A stretch of DNA of 64,000 nucleotides from a bacterium. Lineage in GTDB: Bacteria > Oederibacteriota > PGYV01 > Palsa-1178. Location: NCBI GenBank assembly GCA_037138355.1, contig JBAXIL010000004.1, positions 2,717 through 66,716 of the forward strand. The letters run 5' to 3'. The notes beneath the pieces are model-generated. The model ran no database searches. It saw only the letters and a list, made by a program, of their open reading frames with translations, and was not told the origin of the DNA. A program made the position numbers and the translations under genes. How positions within the stretch are numbered: position 1 is the stretch's first letter; each line of letters starts with the position of its first letter. Positions 8,827 through 19,522 of the stretch are shown here, piece after piece.

Positions 8827-10236
8827 ATGGAGGCAAAAAGTTTGAAGAACCTGACAGAAGGAAATATTTTTAAGACCTTAATTACATATTCAGCACCCAT
8901 TATTTTGGGTGATATGCTACAGGCCTCATATAGTATTATTGATGCCCTTTGGGTTGGAAGACTTATAGGTCCAAATGCGCTTGCTGCAATATCTTCAAGC
9001 GGACCTATTATGTTTTTGATAGTCTCTCTTGTCATTGGTATTGCTATCGCAACAGTTATAATGGTAGGTCAGGCCTATGGTATGGGCGACATGAAGTTTT
9101 TGGAAAAAATATTAGTCAACTCATATATGACTGTTGCCCTTATGTGTATCGTCATTACTATATTGAGCATTGGTTTTTCTGGATCTATACTAAAACTTAT
9201 TAATACCCCAGAGATAATTAGGGCAGATGCTCAAAAGTTCATAGTAGTAATTTTATCAGGAATGATATTTATGTTTTCTTTTAATTGGTTTTCGGGAGTA
9301 TTGCGTGGGCTTGGAGATTCCAAAACACCTTTTTTATTATTAATTGTATCAATCATATTAAACATCATTCTAGCACCTATTTTAATTACAGGCGCTGGCA
9401 TTTTTCCAAGATTGGGCATTGCTGGTTCGGCACTTGCCACTGTTATTTCACAACTTATAACAACAGTTTTTGCTTTTCTATATCTTGCAAAAAAAAATGT
9501 GCTATTAAATGTTTTCAAATGGAAATATCAATTTGATTTTACAATAATAAAAAAAATGTTTCAAATCGGTGTTCCCGTTTCCCTTCAGTTAGTAATTAAT
9601 GCTTTGAGTGCTGTTATTATAGTATCTTTTGTCAATAAATTTGGACCGAACATTATTGCTGCTTACGGTATAGGTATGCGAGTGGACCAATTTTCTTTTC
9701 TACCTGCTATGTCGCTTGGGTCTTCAGTTTCCGCAATGGTCGCCCAACACATAGGCGCTGAAAAGATTGATAAGATACCAAAAATAATGTTGAACGCCAT
9801 GATGATATCTCTCGGGTTTGCACTGATTTTTTACATTCCCGTTAATCTATTTCCAACTCAAATAGCAGCTTTATTTACTGACCATGTACCCGTTGGAGAA
9901 GCTGTTAAAACATATTTTAGAATTGACTCTCTTACATACTTCGCCTTTGCCATAATGTTCGCAATTCAGGGTGTTATTCGTGGTTCTGGCGACACCATAC
10001 CACTAACAGTATTTGCTTTCATATCCCTAATAATCTTTAGAGCTGGTATTGCCTGGACCTTGCTTCACACTACCAATCTTAAAGAAGCCGGTATATGGAC
10101 TGGAATGGTTATCAGTGTTTATATAGGAATGATAATAAGTTTTTGGTATTATAAAACAGGAAAATGGAAAGAAAAAGCATTATTAAAAATGAAAAAGATT
10201 CCAATGTCCCCTGCCCAAGAAGCACATAATGATTAA
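8827..10236 (+). CDS. MATE family multidrug/oligosaccharidyl-lipid efflux transporter
   Basis: About 469 aa with 12 predicted TM segments and MATE-type repeats. Start chosen at MEAKSLKNL. Confidence 0.85.
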   Translation: MEAKSLKNLTEGNIFKTLITYSAPIILGDMLQASYSIIDALWVGRLIGPNALAAISSSGPIMFLIVSLVIGIAIATVIMVGQAYGMGDMKFLEKILVNSYMTVALMCIVITILSIGFSGSILKLINTPEIIRADAQKFIVVILSGMIFMFSFNWFSGVLRGLGDSKTPFLLLIVSIILNIILAPILITGAGIFPRLGIAGSALATVISQLITTVFAFLYLAKKNVLLNVFKWKYQFDFTIIKKMFQIGVPVSLQLVINALSAVIIVSFVNKFGPNIIAAYGIGMRVDQFSFLPAMSLGSSVSAMVAQHIGAEKIDKIPKIMLNAMMISLGFALIFYIPVNLFPTQIAALFTDHVPVGEAVKTYFRIDSLTYFAFAIMFAIQGVIRGSGDTIPLTVFAFISLIIFRAGIAWTLLHTTNLKEAGIWTGMVISVYIGMIISFWYYKTGKWKEKALLKMKKIPMSPAQEAHND

Positions 10237-10888
10237 TGGCAGAAATATTGATGCAGCAATAAAAATAGTAAAGCAAAGTGTTAGTAATTATCAAGTTCCT
10301 GTCCTCGAAAGATTTAACGATACAATAAAAGATCCCTATTGGGTGCTTATACCTTGCATATTATCACTACGCGCCAAGGATGAAGTTACAGCAATAGTTT
10401 CAGAGAACCTGTATAGGATAGCACCGACACCTGAGCAAGTCATAAAAATATCTTTAAAAGAAATGGAAAAAATTGTATATAAAACCGGTTTTTATCATGT
10501 TAAGGCAAAAAATGTTTTAAGCATAACAAAGATTATTTTAAACAAGTACAAAGGTATAGTGCCGGACAGCATAGAAGAATTGCTGACAATACCTGGGGTG
10601 GGAAGAAAAACAGCAAACCTTGTTGTAACTGTGGCATTTAAAAAATTAGGAATTTGCATTGATACCCATGTCCACAAAATCTCAAATAGATGGGGTTATG
10701 TAAAAACAAAAGATGCCGATCACACAGAAATAGCTTTAAGAGAAATACTCCCTAAAAAATACTGGTTAAAAATCAATCTATATCTTGTCTTATTTGGTCA
10801 GAACACATGTCTATCTGTCTCACCTTTTTGTTCAAAGTGTCCTCTTACCAAAATGTGTCCAAAAATCGGGATTACAACATCACGATAA
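10229..10888 (+). CDS. nth: Endonuclease III (HhH-GPD DNA glycosylase with a 4Fe-4S cluster)
   Basis: HhH motif LPGVGRKTANLV. C-terminal C-x6-C-x2-C-x5-C iron-sulfur cluster motif. Confidence 0.88.
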   Translation: MINGRNIDAAIKIVKQSVSNYQVPVLERFNDTIKDPYWVLIPCILSLRAKDEVTAIVSENLYRIAPTPEQVIKISLKEMEKIVYKTGFYHVKAKNVLSITKIILNKYKGIVPDSIEELLTIPGVGRKTANLVVTVAFKKLGICIDTHVHKISNRWGYVKTKDADHTEIALREILPKKYWLKINLYLVLFGQNTCLSVSPFCSKCPLTKMCPKIGITTSR

Positions 10889-10895
10889 AATATTT

Positions 10896-11261
10896 TTATT
10901 CTTGATTAACCCCTGCTTTTGAATCATTCACTACTCTGTATTTCAACAGCTGTCTTGTACCGTCTTGATGATTGTATTTTATAGAACTATAATACACTTC
11001 ATTATTCATTTCCTTTCTATCCATAGCTTGTCTGTCGATATCAAAAACTTCAAAATCACCTGTCTGCGTGTTTACAACAAGTACGCTTCGTCCATTACCA
11101 TCATTTACAAGTGAACCAGCAAAAAATCCATTCGCCACAACAACTGTTGGTGGCTTTTGTTCTATTACCTCTTTTGTTTCCTTCCCTTTATTTGATGCCG
11201 CCAGCAAACTTCCCACAAGTAACACAAGCACAGCCAAAATCATTATTAATACTTTTTTCAT
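10896..11261 (-). CDS. Hypothetical secreted protein. Translationally coupled to recJ (ATGA overlap).
   Basis: 121 aa with an N-terminal signal peptide MKKVLIMILAVLVLLVGSLLAAS. No recognisable family. Confidence 0.6.
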   Translation of the reverse strand: MKKVLIMILAVLVLLVGSLLAASNKGKETKEVIEQKPPTVVVANGFFAGSLVNDGNGRSVLVVNTQTGDFEVFDIDRQAMDRKEMNNEVYYSSIKYNHQDGTRQLLKYRVVNDSKAGVNQE

Positions 11262-12991
11262 ACCACACCTCCATTTATTTTATAATCAGCCACTTCAAGT
11301 ACCAGTGACTCAGTATCTTTCCATGTATTAATCGTTGGAGTAAAAGCCACATCGATAATAGCACCTAACTTAACGATTGCTGTATCTTCATCACTGTGAC
11401 CAAACATTAAAAAGTTATAAAATCTTTCTTTGTGCTTTGCATAAAACTTCATGGTATTACTTTTCATTAGCTTTACTTCCCTTACTTCAACACCTTCTAA
11501 TGTAAACACGGGCTTCCTATTTCCAGATCCCCAAGGCTGAAGCAAATCATATATCTTAATGTCTTTAATATTAATCGCCTCGTTTACTTCTGCATCGATA
11601 TGTAATGACGGCTCAAAATCTTCTTTTTTCATATTAGTTTTTAGATAATCATTAATTGATTTAATAAAAGTGCCAAGCTGCTCTTCCTTTAAAGTAATGC
11701 CAGCCGCCAACTTGTGACCGCCATATCTTTCAAGACAGCCACTAACTGCCTTAATCGCATCAAAAATATCTACCGAAGACACACTTCTGGCACTGCCATG
11801 AATTAATCCATCATCACTTTTTGTCAAGATAAAAACAGGTCTATTGTATTCTCTAAGAACTTTTGATGCCACCAAACCAGCGATACCTGCGTTCCATTCA
11901 GGATTATATAATACTAACACAAAGTCATTATCTTCATTGAATTGATCTTTTAGCATAGCTAAAGCTTTTTCATATGTTTTATTCATAATACTTTTACGCT
12001 CTTCATTTGTGTTATTTAATTCTTCAGCAATACTTGTTACTTTTGCTCTGTCATTTGAAATGAATAATTCAACCGCTTTTTTCGCATGATCAAGCCTACC
12101 AGCCGCATTAATCCTCGGTCCAAGAATAAAACCCACATGATATGTAGTAATTACTGTGTCAGGTTTCATGCCGGCCACATCTTTTAGAGCTTTTAAACCA
12201 ATATTTGAGGTTTTAGCAATCTGCCTGAAACCACGCCGTGCAATTATTCTATTTTCATATGTTAGAGGTACTATATCAGCGATTGTGCCCATCGCAGCAA
12301 AGTCAATCAATTCATTTTGAATATTTATTTTAAGTCTGTCAGCCAAAGCGCATATAAGCTTATATGCAACTCCGGCACCTGACAATTCTTTTTCTGGATA
12401 AGTTTTTGAATATTTCGGATTTATAATGGCAAAAGCTTTTGTTGGGATATTTTCTTCTTCTGGTATATGATGATCAGTAATTATAATATCTATATTTTGT
12501 TCTGCACAATAAGCCACTTCTTTTTCAGCAGAAATTCCACAATCTACAGATATAATTAGATTAGCTCCATCTTTAATCAGGCCTTTAAGTGCCTCAATAT
12601 TTAAACCATAACCTTCATCTTGTCTGTGAGGAATATAGAAATCAACATTGTCATACTTAGCAAAATTTTTGATAAAGTTAATTAGTTCTGTAATTGAAGT
12701 CACGCCATCTACATCATAATCGCCATATATAACTATCTTTTGATTTGTATTAATTGCCTTAACAATTCGTACTACGGCTTTTTCCATATCTTCAAATAAA
12801 AATGGGTCGTTTAGCTCTGCCTTATCAATATCAAATACTTGTTTTGCCTTTTCTAAAGTATCAATATCCCTATTTACAAAAGACTTAATTATATATTCAG
12901 GAAGGTTTAGCTTTTCCTTTAATTCTTTTTTTAAATTATCAGATATTACACTTTTCTCATTAATAATCCAACGCATAAAGCTCCTTGTCAA
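11258..12991 (-). CDS. recJ: Single-stranded-DNA-specific exonuclease RecJ
   Basis: 577 aa. DHH and DHHA1 motifs (DYDVDGVTS, DHH). Confidence 0.92.
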   Translation of the reverse strand: MTRSFMRWIINEKSVISDNLKKELKEKLNLPEYIIKSFVNRDIDTLEKAKQVFDIDKAELNDPFLFEDMEKAVVRIVKAINTNQKIVIYGDYDVDGVTSITELINFIKNFAKYDNVDFYIPHRQDEGYGLNIEALKGLIKDGANLIISVDCGISAEKEVAYCAEQNIDIIITDHHIPEEENIPTKAFAIINPKYSKTYPEKELSGAGVAYKLICALADRLKINIQNELIDFAAMGTIADIVPLTYENRIIARRGFRQIAKTSNIGLKALKDVAGMKPDTVITTYHVGFILGPRINAAGRLDHAKKAVELFISNDRAKVTSIAEELNNTNEERKSIMNKTYEKALAMLKDQFNEDNDFVLVLYNPEWNAGIAGLVASKVLREYNRPVFILTKSDDGLIHGSARSVSSVDIFDAIKAVSGCLERYGGHKLAAGITLKEEQLGTFIKSINDYLKTNMKKEDFEPSLHIDAEVNEAINIKDIKIYDLLQPWGSGNRKPVFTLEGVEVREVKLMKSNTMKFYAKHKERFYNFLMFGHSDEDTAIVKLGAIIDVAFTPTINTWKDTESLVLEVADYKINGGVV

Positions 12992-13009
12992 AAATAAATA
13001 ATATATATA

Positions 13010-13876
13010 CTACTGAAACAATCCTTCAACAAACTCATCTGCATTAAACTCAGCTATCGCCTCTACATTCTCGCCAAAGGTCATGTATTTAATTGGTAAT
13101 TTAAGTTCATGCTTTATCCTAATAATGCTTCCACCTTTGGCAGAAGAATCAAACTTAGTTAATATTACTCCAGTGAGCTTTAAAGTTTCATTAAATTCCT
13201 TTGCTTGTTCAAAAGAGTTTTTGCCAGTGTTTGTATCTATTATTATAAGAGTATCTATGTCGTCTTCACTAAACTCTTTTAAAACGACTTTTTTTATTTT
13301 CAGTAATTCCTGCATGAGATTTACTTTAGTATGAAGTCTACCAGCCGTATCTATAATTACTATGTCATGACCTTCTTTTTTGGCCTTTTTTATCCCATCA
13401 AATACAATAGCTGCTGGATCTCCTCCATCCAAACCCTTAACAATATCAGTTCCGGTTTTTTTTGCCCATATATCAAGCTGTTCTATAGCGGCTGCGCGAA
13501 AGGTGTCAGCAGCTACAAACATAACTTTTTTGCCACGAGCTTGATAAAAATGCGCAAGCTTTGATGCAGTGGTTGTTTTTCCAGCTCCGTTAATACCTGT
13601 CAAAATGATTATTTTCCTATGTCTTAAAAGTTTGGAATTGTCTTCCTTAAGTTTTATTACAAACTGGTCTTTTAAAAAGTTTTTTGCGGCTTCATATGAT
13701 GATATTTTTTCTTTTTTTAGCGCCTCAGTCAATTCATTAACTATGTTCATATCTATATCAGCTTCTATGAGGGCTTCTTCGAGATCTTCTATGTGTTCTT
13801 TTGCAGGACCACTGGAGAATATTGATTTTAACCTGTCTAAAAATGAGCGCGGCTTTAGAAAACTATTTTTCTCCAT
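13010..13876 (-). CDS. ftsY: Signal recognition particle receptor FtsY (short form, NG domain only)
   Basis: 288 aa. GINGAGKTTT P-loop and SRP GTPase motifs. Confidence 0.92.
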   Translation of the reverse strand: MEKNSFLKPRSFLDRLKSIFSSGPAKEHIEDLEEALIEADIDMNIVNELTEALKKEKISSYEAAKNFLKDQFVIKLKEDNSKLLRHRKIIILTGINGAGKTTTASKLAHFYQARGKKVMFVAADTFRAAAIEQLDIWAKKTGTDIVKGLDGGDPAAIVFDGIKKAKKEGHDIVIIDTAGRLHTKVNLMQELLKIKKVVLKEFSEDDIDTLIIIDTNTGKNSFEQAKEFNETLKLTGVILTKFDSSAKGGSIIRIKHELKLPIKYMTFGENVEAIAEFNADEFVEGLFQ

Positions 13877-16800
13877 CTCCCGCGTCCTCTTTTCCGTCTG
13901 GCTTAGTTACTCCATCTACTACTTTGTCTGCCTCAGCTATTTCTTTTGCTTCCTCAGCTCTTTTTTCGGATTCTTTAAGTGCTGCAGACTTTCCATCTTT
14001 TGAAAGTATCTGTTTTATTCTGTCTTTATCTTGATCCATTTTTACAGAGATGATTTGTGAGACTCCAGCTTTTTCCATAGTAACACCATAAAGCACATCT
14101 CCTACTTCCATAGTGAGCTTATTATGCGAGATAATAATAAACTGCGTGGCTTTAAATGATTTTAACAAATTGGTAAATCTGGTTACATTGACATCATCCA
14201 AAGGTGCATCTATCTCATCCATAACACAAAAAGGACTGGCTTTTGTAAGAAATAACGCGAACAAAAGAGAAACCGCAGTTATGGCCTTCTCTCCGCCCGA
14301 TAAAAGTGATATTGTTTGAGATTTTTTCCCTGGAGGCCTTGCTATAATATCTATTCCAGATTCGAGAACATCGGCACCCTCTGATAAGAACAGGTCCGCC
14401 TCTCCTCCATTAAACATTTTCTTAAACACATCGGCGAATTTAATCCTAATAGCTTCAAATGCTATAACGAACAATTCTTTGGATTCTTCATTTGCTTTTT
14501 TAATAATTTTATTGAGATTTCCTCTTGCCAATGTCAAATCATCATACTGCGCCTGAAGATGTTCGTGTCTACTTTTTAACTCATTATATTCTTCTATTGC
14601 CACGAGATTAATTACTCCCAACTTGTCTATCTTTTCCCTAAACTCTGTTACCTTAAGATTTAGTTCTTTATATTCTTCTTCCGCTATTTCAAAACTCAAA
14701 ACTTCATTTTCATCTGGGGTAATTTTAAACTCAATATTTAGTTTTTCAAAAAAATTAGCTATCTGTACTACCATATCATTTATCAATATTTTGATATCAT
14801 ATTGCTCGTCTTTAAGATGATCTCTCGTCTTGCTCATATGTTTTATTTTGTCTTCTGTTTGCAGCATGACAACTTTAAATTCCTCATGGGTTTTCTTTGA
14901 CTGTTCTAACCCATCTTCACTTGCTTTCATTGAGCTCTTTATGACTTCAATATTTACTGCATTTTGACGACTTTCATCTTCTGCCTGCAGTACTTTAAGA
15001 TTCAAGCCCTCAATTTCCAATACTGTATTGGCATAACCAGCCTCAACTTCTTTTAAACGAGTCCAAAGCAGAGTCCTGTTATTGATACCAAACTCATAAT
15101 CATTTTTTAGGGTTACTATTTCAAGCTTTTTATCATCAATTATTGATTTCTCGTTGTTTAGGCCTTCTTCTTTTCTGGTAATTAATAGTCTGGCATCATC
15201 AACAAGTTTTTTACAATTATCTATTATATCAGTTATGCGTTTGCCCTCTATAAGCAGGGCCTCTCTACCAGTTATAAATATATTCATATCCACAGCGAAC
15301 TGAGCGTTTTCTTGATCAATATGCTTAATAGTCGTCGCATGCCTCTCAAGGTCTTCGTTCTTTTGTTTCATTCTCTCATCATCTTTGATAACTTCCACAT
15401 ATTGAGTATGGTAAGAAACTGACAAATTTTCAATCTCGCGTTCCATTTGTGCAATATTATCTGATTGTACTTTTCGTTCTTCTTCTATAGAAGAGTATTT
15501 TCCTTTGGCTGTCTGAATTTCCGAATTTATTTCGTCAATTTCCCTATCCCTTGATAGGAAGCCATCTCCGGCTGATCCTTCTACTTTTGTATATATATTA
15601 TAATTAGATAATAACTCGCCATTTAATGTTAATAAGAAAAACTGCTCATTTTTTTTAACTTTATCAAGAACTTCTTTTGCTTTTTCCATATTTTCAACCA
15701 CAAATATATTTGCAAACAATAGCTTTATTGATTCATTCCCTGCTTCCATTTCTGTTTTTTCTGGAAGATAAGCAATTATATTCTCATGAACAACAGACTC
15801 TTTCCAACTTGCCAGCACAGCATTAGTACTGACATGCATATTATTAGAGTTAATAAATGAAATTTCACCTTTTTCCATCTCATATAAAGTAAATATCTCA
15901 TCAATAAGTTTTTCATTTCTTATAAGCACAGTTTGAAGCAAGCTCGCAAGAGTTTTTTCAACTACTTTTTCATAAGGTTTATCAACATCTATTAAGTTGG
16001 CAACTACATCTACGAGGTCGCCTTTAGACTCATCTTCGAGCTGAAACTTATATTCAGTTAAAACCTTTCTTACTATATCTCCATACCCTTCCATTTTTTC
16101 CTGCATTTGTTTTAACAGATTTTGCCTGGACTCAAGTCTGGAAATTACTAATCCAAGCTCTTTTAATGTTTCTTCTACGATTACAAGTGAAGCCTTTCTA
16201 CGAATTTTTTCCATCAACAAGGACTCTTCTTTATCCTTTATTGACTTTATCTCATCTTCTTTAAGTATTTTATTTTCTATAATAGATTGCATTTCCACTT
16301 CAGTTCTGTGAAGTCTATCATTTGCTTCTTTTTTCTGTGCCTCAAGCTTAACCAACTGATCCTCAATATTTTTCATATTAAGCTCAAGCGCAACTATTCT
16401 ACCTTTTAAACCATTAAATTCTTCATTATGTATATCTACATCCGTCGCCTTAGTGTCCCTATCTTTTTTAGCCAATTCAAACTCAGAAATAGACGCTTCA
16501 TATCTTTTATTTAAATTTTCAAGCTGTGCTTCACGATCTTTAATGATACCTTCTTTTACTACGAGTTCGCTATTTATGTCTTCTATTTCTAATTTAACAC
16601 CTTGTATTTTTCCAACATTTTCTATATTTTCATTTTTCGAAATTTCAATACGAGATAATAATTCAGTGTGTTTTTCAGCAAGATACTTAAGCGAGTCTTC
16701 AAGTCTCTTTATTTCTTCCTGTTTTATTACCCATTTTTCTCTTTTCTCAGCAAGATCTCTTTCCATTTCGAGATTTTTATATCTCATGCCTTCAAATTCT

Positions 16801-17600
16801 AATTCAAACTTCGCAAGTCCCGCTTCTTCTGCTTCCATTCTTCCGTCAATATCAGCTTTTTTAATGTGATAATCTCTATTTTTTAAGGTACGCTCTTTAA
16901 TTTCTTTTTTAAGCATTTTTATTTCCATATCACTACATTCTTGCTTTAGAACTTTATATTGCTCCGCTTTCTTCGCCTGTCTTTCCAAAACCGAGGTCTG
17001 TCTTCTCACTTCAACAAGTATGTCATTAATGCGAAGCATGTTTTGTTCAGTTGCCTCAAGCTTACGCGTACCTTCGTCGCGTTTCTTTATGTATTTTGTA
17101 ATTCCAGCAGCTTCCTCAAATATTTCTCTTCGTTCACTTGGCTTTGCATTGATTATTTTATCTACTTCACCCTGAGATATAATCGAATAAGAATCCAATC
17201 CTACGCCTGTATCCATAAATGTTTCTACAATGTCTTTTAACCGAACTTGCTGGTCATTTATATAATATTCACTCTCGCCCGAACGATATAAACGCCTTGT
17301 GACTTTAACTTCATTATAATTTAAGTTAATTGATTTATCTGTGTTGTCCATAACTATTGAAACTTCTGCCATACCAAGAGTCTTTCTGGAATCCGAACCT
17401 ATAAATATAACATCTTCCATTTTTCCGCCACGCAGTGATTTTGCACTCTGTTCTCCCAAAACCCAACGAATAGCGTCAAATATATTTGATTTACCTGAAC
17501 CATTTGGGCCTACAACTATAGTTATATCCTGTCCAAATTGTAAGCTTGTTTTATCAGCAAAAGATTTAAATCCAAATATATGCAGCTCTTTGAGTTTCAC
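13863..17600 (-). CDS. smc: Chromosome partition protein SMC
   Basis: 1245 aa. N-terminal Walker A GPNGSGKSN, long coiled coils, a hinge, and the C-terminal signature LSGGEKA with Walker B. Has a K/E/D-rich C-terminal tail. Confidence 0.95.
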   Translation of the reverse strand: MKLKELHIFGFKSFADKTSLQFGQDITIVVGPNGSGKSNIFDAIRWVLGEQSAKSLRGGKMEDVIFIGSDSRKTLGMAEVSIVMDNTDKSINLNYNEVKVTRRLYRSGESEYYINDQQVRLKDIVETFMDTGVGLDSYSIISQGEVDKIINAKPSERREIFEEAAGITKYIKKRDEGTRKLEATEQNMLRINDILVEVRRQTSVLERQAKKAEQYKVLKQECSDMEIKMLKKEIKERTLKNRDYHIKKADIDGRMEAEEAGLAKFELEFEGMRYKNLEMERDLAEKREKWVIKQEEIKRLEDSLKYLAEKHTELLSRIEISKNENIENVGKIQGVKLEIEDINSELVVKEGIIKDREAQLENLNKRYEASISEFELAKKDRDTKATDVDIHNEEFNGLKGRIVALELNMKNIEDQLVKLEAQKKEANDRLHRTEVEMQSIIENKILKEDEIKSIKDKEESLLMEKIRRKASLVIVEETLKELGLVISRLESRQNLLKQMQEKMEGYGDIVRKVLTEYKFQLEDESKGDLVDVVANLIDVDKPYEKVVEKTLASLLQTVLIRNEKLIDEIFTLYEMEKGEISFINSNNMHVSTNAVLASWKESVVHENIIAYLPEKTEMEAGNESIKLLFANIFVVENMEKAKEVLDKVKKNEQFFLLTLNGELLSNYNIYTKVEGSAGDGFLSRDREIDEINSEIQTAKGKYSSIEEERKVQSDNIAQMEREIENLSVSYHTQYVEVIKDDERMKQKNEDLERHATTIKHIDQENAQFAVDMNIFITGREALLIEGKRITDIIDNCKKLVDDARLLITRKEEGLNNEKSIIDDKKLEIVTLKNDYEFGINNRTLLWTRLKEVEAGYANTVLEIEGLNLKVLQAEDESRQNAVNIEVIKSSMKASEDGLEQSKKTHEEFKVVMLQTEDKIKHMSKTRDHLKDEQYDIKILINDMVVQIANFFEKLNIEFKITPDENEVLSFEIAEEEYKELNLKVTEFREKIDKLGVINLVAIEEYNELKSRHEHLQAQYDDLTLARGNLNKIIKKANEESKELFVIAFEAIRIKFADVFKKMFNGGEADLFLSEGADVLESGIDIIARPPGKKSQTISLLSGGEKAITAVSLLFALFLTKASPFCVMDEIDAPLDDVNVTRFTNLLKSFKATQFIIISHNKLTMEVGDVLYGVTMEKAGVSQIISVKMDQDKDRIKQILSKDGKSAALKESEKRAEEAKEIAEADKVVDGVTKPDGKEDAGDGEK

Positions 17601-18707
17601 TTATATTCTCCCATTTATTTTTTCAAAAGCTGTTTTAATTGTAGTTTTTTCTGTCTCAGTAAGACCTGGATGAACTGGCAAACTAATTACTTCCATTGCT
17701 GCCTTTTCTGAAACAGGTAATGATGGCACCTTTTTAAGTATTTCTTTGTAATATGGCTGATTATGAAGTGGAATAGGATAGAAAACTTTAGCTCCCACTC
17801 CTTCTTCTGTCAGCATTTTTATTACCTCATCTCTTTTACCATTCTTTACCCTTATAGTAAATTGGTGAAAAATGTGGAAGTTATCCTTGCCTTCTATAGG
17901 TGACACTATCCACGGAAATTTTTGCAAATGTGCTATTAATTCAAAAGAGTTTTTCCTTCTTTTTTCATTAAACATATCTAATTTTTTCAATTGAACTATA
18001 CCTATAGCAGCTTCTATATCGGTCATTCTATAGTTATAACCTAATCTTGTATGATAATATATTTTTTCCGAACCATGATTGATAAATGAACGAGCTATTT
18101 CCGCTGCCTTGTCATTGTCCGTAGTAACCATGCCACCTTCTGCAGTAGTGATATTCTTTGTCGCGTAAAGAGAAAAAGAACCGCCATCCGCAAAGGTTCC
18201 AGCTTGTTGTCCTTTATATTTTGCCCCTACTGCTTGTGCTGCATCTTCAATTACTTTTACATTATATTTTTTTGCGATTGAAAGAATACGATCCATCTCA
18301 CAAACCTGACCATATATATGCACAACCATAATTGCTTTTATTTTTCTCATCCAATCTTTTTTTAGTTCCGCTTCTATTTTATCAGGATCTATGTTAAAAG
18401 AATCTTCTTTAATATCTACAAACACCGGCTCTGCACCTGCGTGAATTATTGAATTACCTGAAGCAATAAATGTAAACGGTGAAGTTATTACACGATCCCC
18501 TTTACCTATGCCATTCATTACCAAACAGGTATGCAAAGAGCATGTGCCATTAGATACTGCTATGGCATGCTTGACTTTAGTATATTTAGAAAAATCTGCT
18601 TCAAACTCTTTCACTTTTGGACCAGCTGCTATGATACCCGAATTCAGTACTGCCGCTACTGCTTCCTTTTCCTTTTCATCTAAATTAGGTTTCGATATCG
18701 GTATCAC
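17601..18707 (-). CDS. DegT/DnrJ/EryC1/StrS-family PLP-dependent sugar aminotransferase
   Basis: 368 aa. Has the PLP lysine context SFSLYATKNITTAEGG. The stop is immediately adjacent to the smc start, and the start overlaps the lpxI stop. Confidence 0.85.
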   Translation of the reverse strand: MIPISKPNLDEKEKEAVAAVLNSGIIAAGPKVKEFEADFSKYTKVKHAIAVSNGTCSLHTCLVMNGIGKGDRVITSPFTFIASGNSIIHAGAEPVFVDIKEDSFNIDPDKIEAELKKDWMRKIKAIMVVHIYGQVCEMDRILSIAKKYNVKVIEDAAQAVGAKYKGQQAGTFADGGSFSLYATKNITTAEGGMVTTDNDKAAEIARSFINHGSEKIYYHTRLGYNYRMTDIEAAIGIVQLKKLDMFNEKRRKNSFELIAHLQKFPWIVSPIEGKDNFHIFHQFTIRVKNGKRDEVIKMLTEEGVGAKVFYPIPLHNQPYYKEILKKVPSLPVSEKAAMEVISLPVHPGLTETEKTTIKTAFEKINGRI

Positions 18708-19522
18708 TATTTATTCCTCCATCCATATATAAAAAGTTTATTTTTATCTGCATATTTTATAAGTTCATCTTTATTAAGAACAAATGTCTTCCCTGCCTCA
18801 ACTACTATGCCAGAACCACCAAGACTTTTAATAAGCTTTAAAGTTTTAAGTCCTATTGCAGGAACATCATATCTTAAGTCCTGCTTAGGTCTTGCCATTT
18901 TTACAACAATAAAGCCTTTCTTTGCCATTTTACCACCGCGTTTAATACAGTTGTCCGTGCCTTCCATAGCTTCAACTGCCCAAATCATTCCAGCACCAGT
19001 TACAAGTGTCTGCCCAACATCAAGTGCAGCTATACTTCTTGCTATTGAAACAGAGCACTTAAGTGCTTCTAATACACTCTTCTGAGGTTTTATATTATTT
19101 ACAAATCCTTCTGATGCCAACACTTTATACATAAGGTAAGTTGTTGGGACAGTAGTAATACCAGCTTTTTTAAACTGATTTATAGCTGATTCCATAAGAG
19201 CTTTAGGTCTTTTATCTTTTAAAGCAATAAATGCCTTTCTGGTTATTTCATCAAATATAATATCTTTAAGCAACTGAATAGGTCTGATATATCCAAGAAA
19301 AATTACATGCTTAATACCTCTGGACGAAGTTTCCTTTATCATAGCTGACAACATAGCCAGCTTTACTTTAATTCTTTCAAACTTGAAATTTCTTAAACCT
19401 TTATTTTCATCGCCTTCCACTTCTATAATAAAGACATCCAACTTGTTTATTACTGCCTGTCTTAGAAAGGTCAGAGGCAATTCGCCTGCGCCTGCCACTA
19501 AAGCAATTTTATTTATTTTCAC
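18707..19522 (-). CDS. lpxI: UDP-2,3-diacylglucosamine hydrolase LpxI (DUF1009 family)
   Basis: 271 aa. N-terminus MKINKIALVAGAGELP is typical of LpxI. Located directly after lpxA. Confidence 0.75.
   Translation of the reverse strand: MKINKIALVAGAGELPLTFLRQAVINKLDVFIIEVEGDENKGLRNFKFERIKVKLAMLSAMIKETSSRGIKHVIFLGYIRPIQLLKDIIFDEITRKAFIALKDKRPKALMESAINQFKKAGITTVPTTYLMYKVLASEGFVNNIKPQKSVLEALKCSVSIARSIAALDVGQTLVTGAGMIWAVEAMEGTDNCIKRGGKMAKKGFIVVKMARPKQDLRYDVPAIGLKTLKLIKSLGGSGIVVEAGKTFVLNKDELIKYADKNKLFIYGWRNK

Noticed and set aside
13569-14034. Plus-strand ORFs of 144 and 77 aa antisense to ftsY/smc
   Set aside because: Entirely embedded in well-supported minus-strand genes. Low-complexity S/F/L-rich translation typical of the antisense frame of AT-rich coding DNA.
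16453-16869. 138-aa plus-strand ORF inside smc
   Set aside because: Antisense of the coiled-coil region of smc. Ser/Leu/Phe-rich, with no start context.
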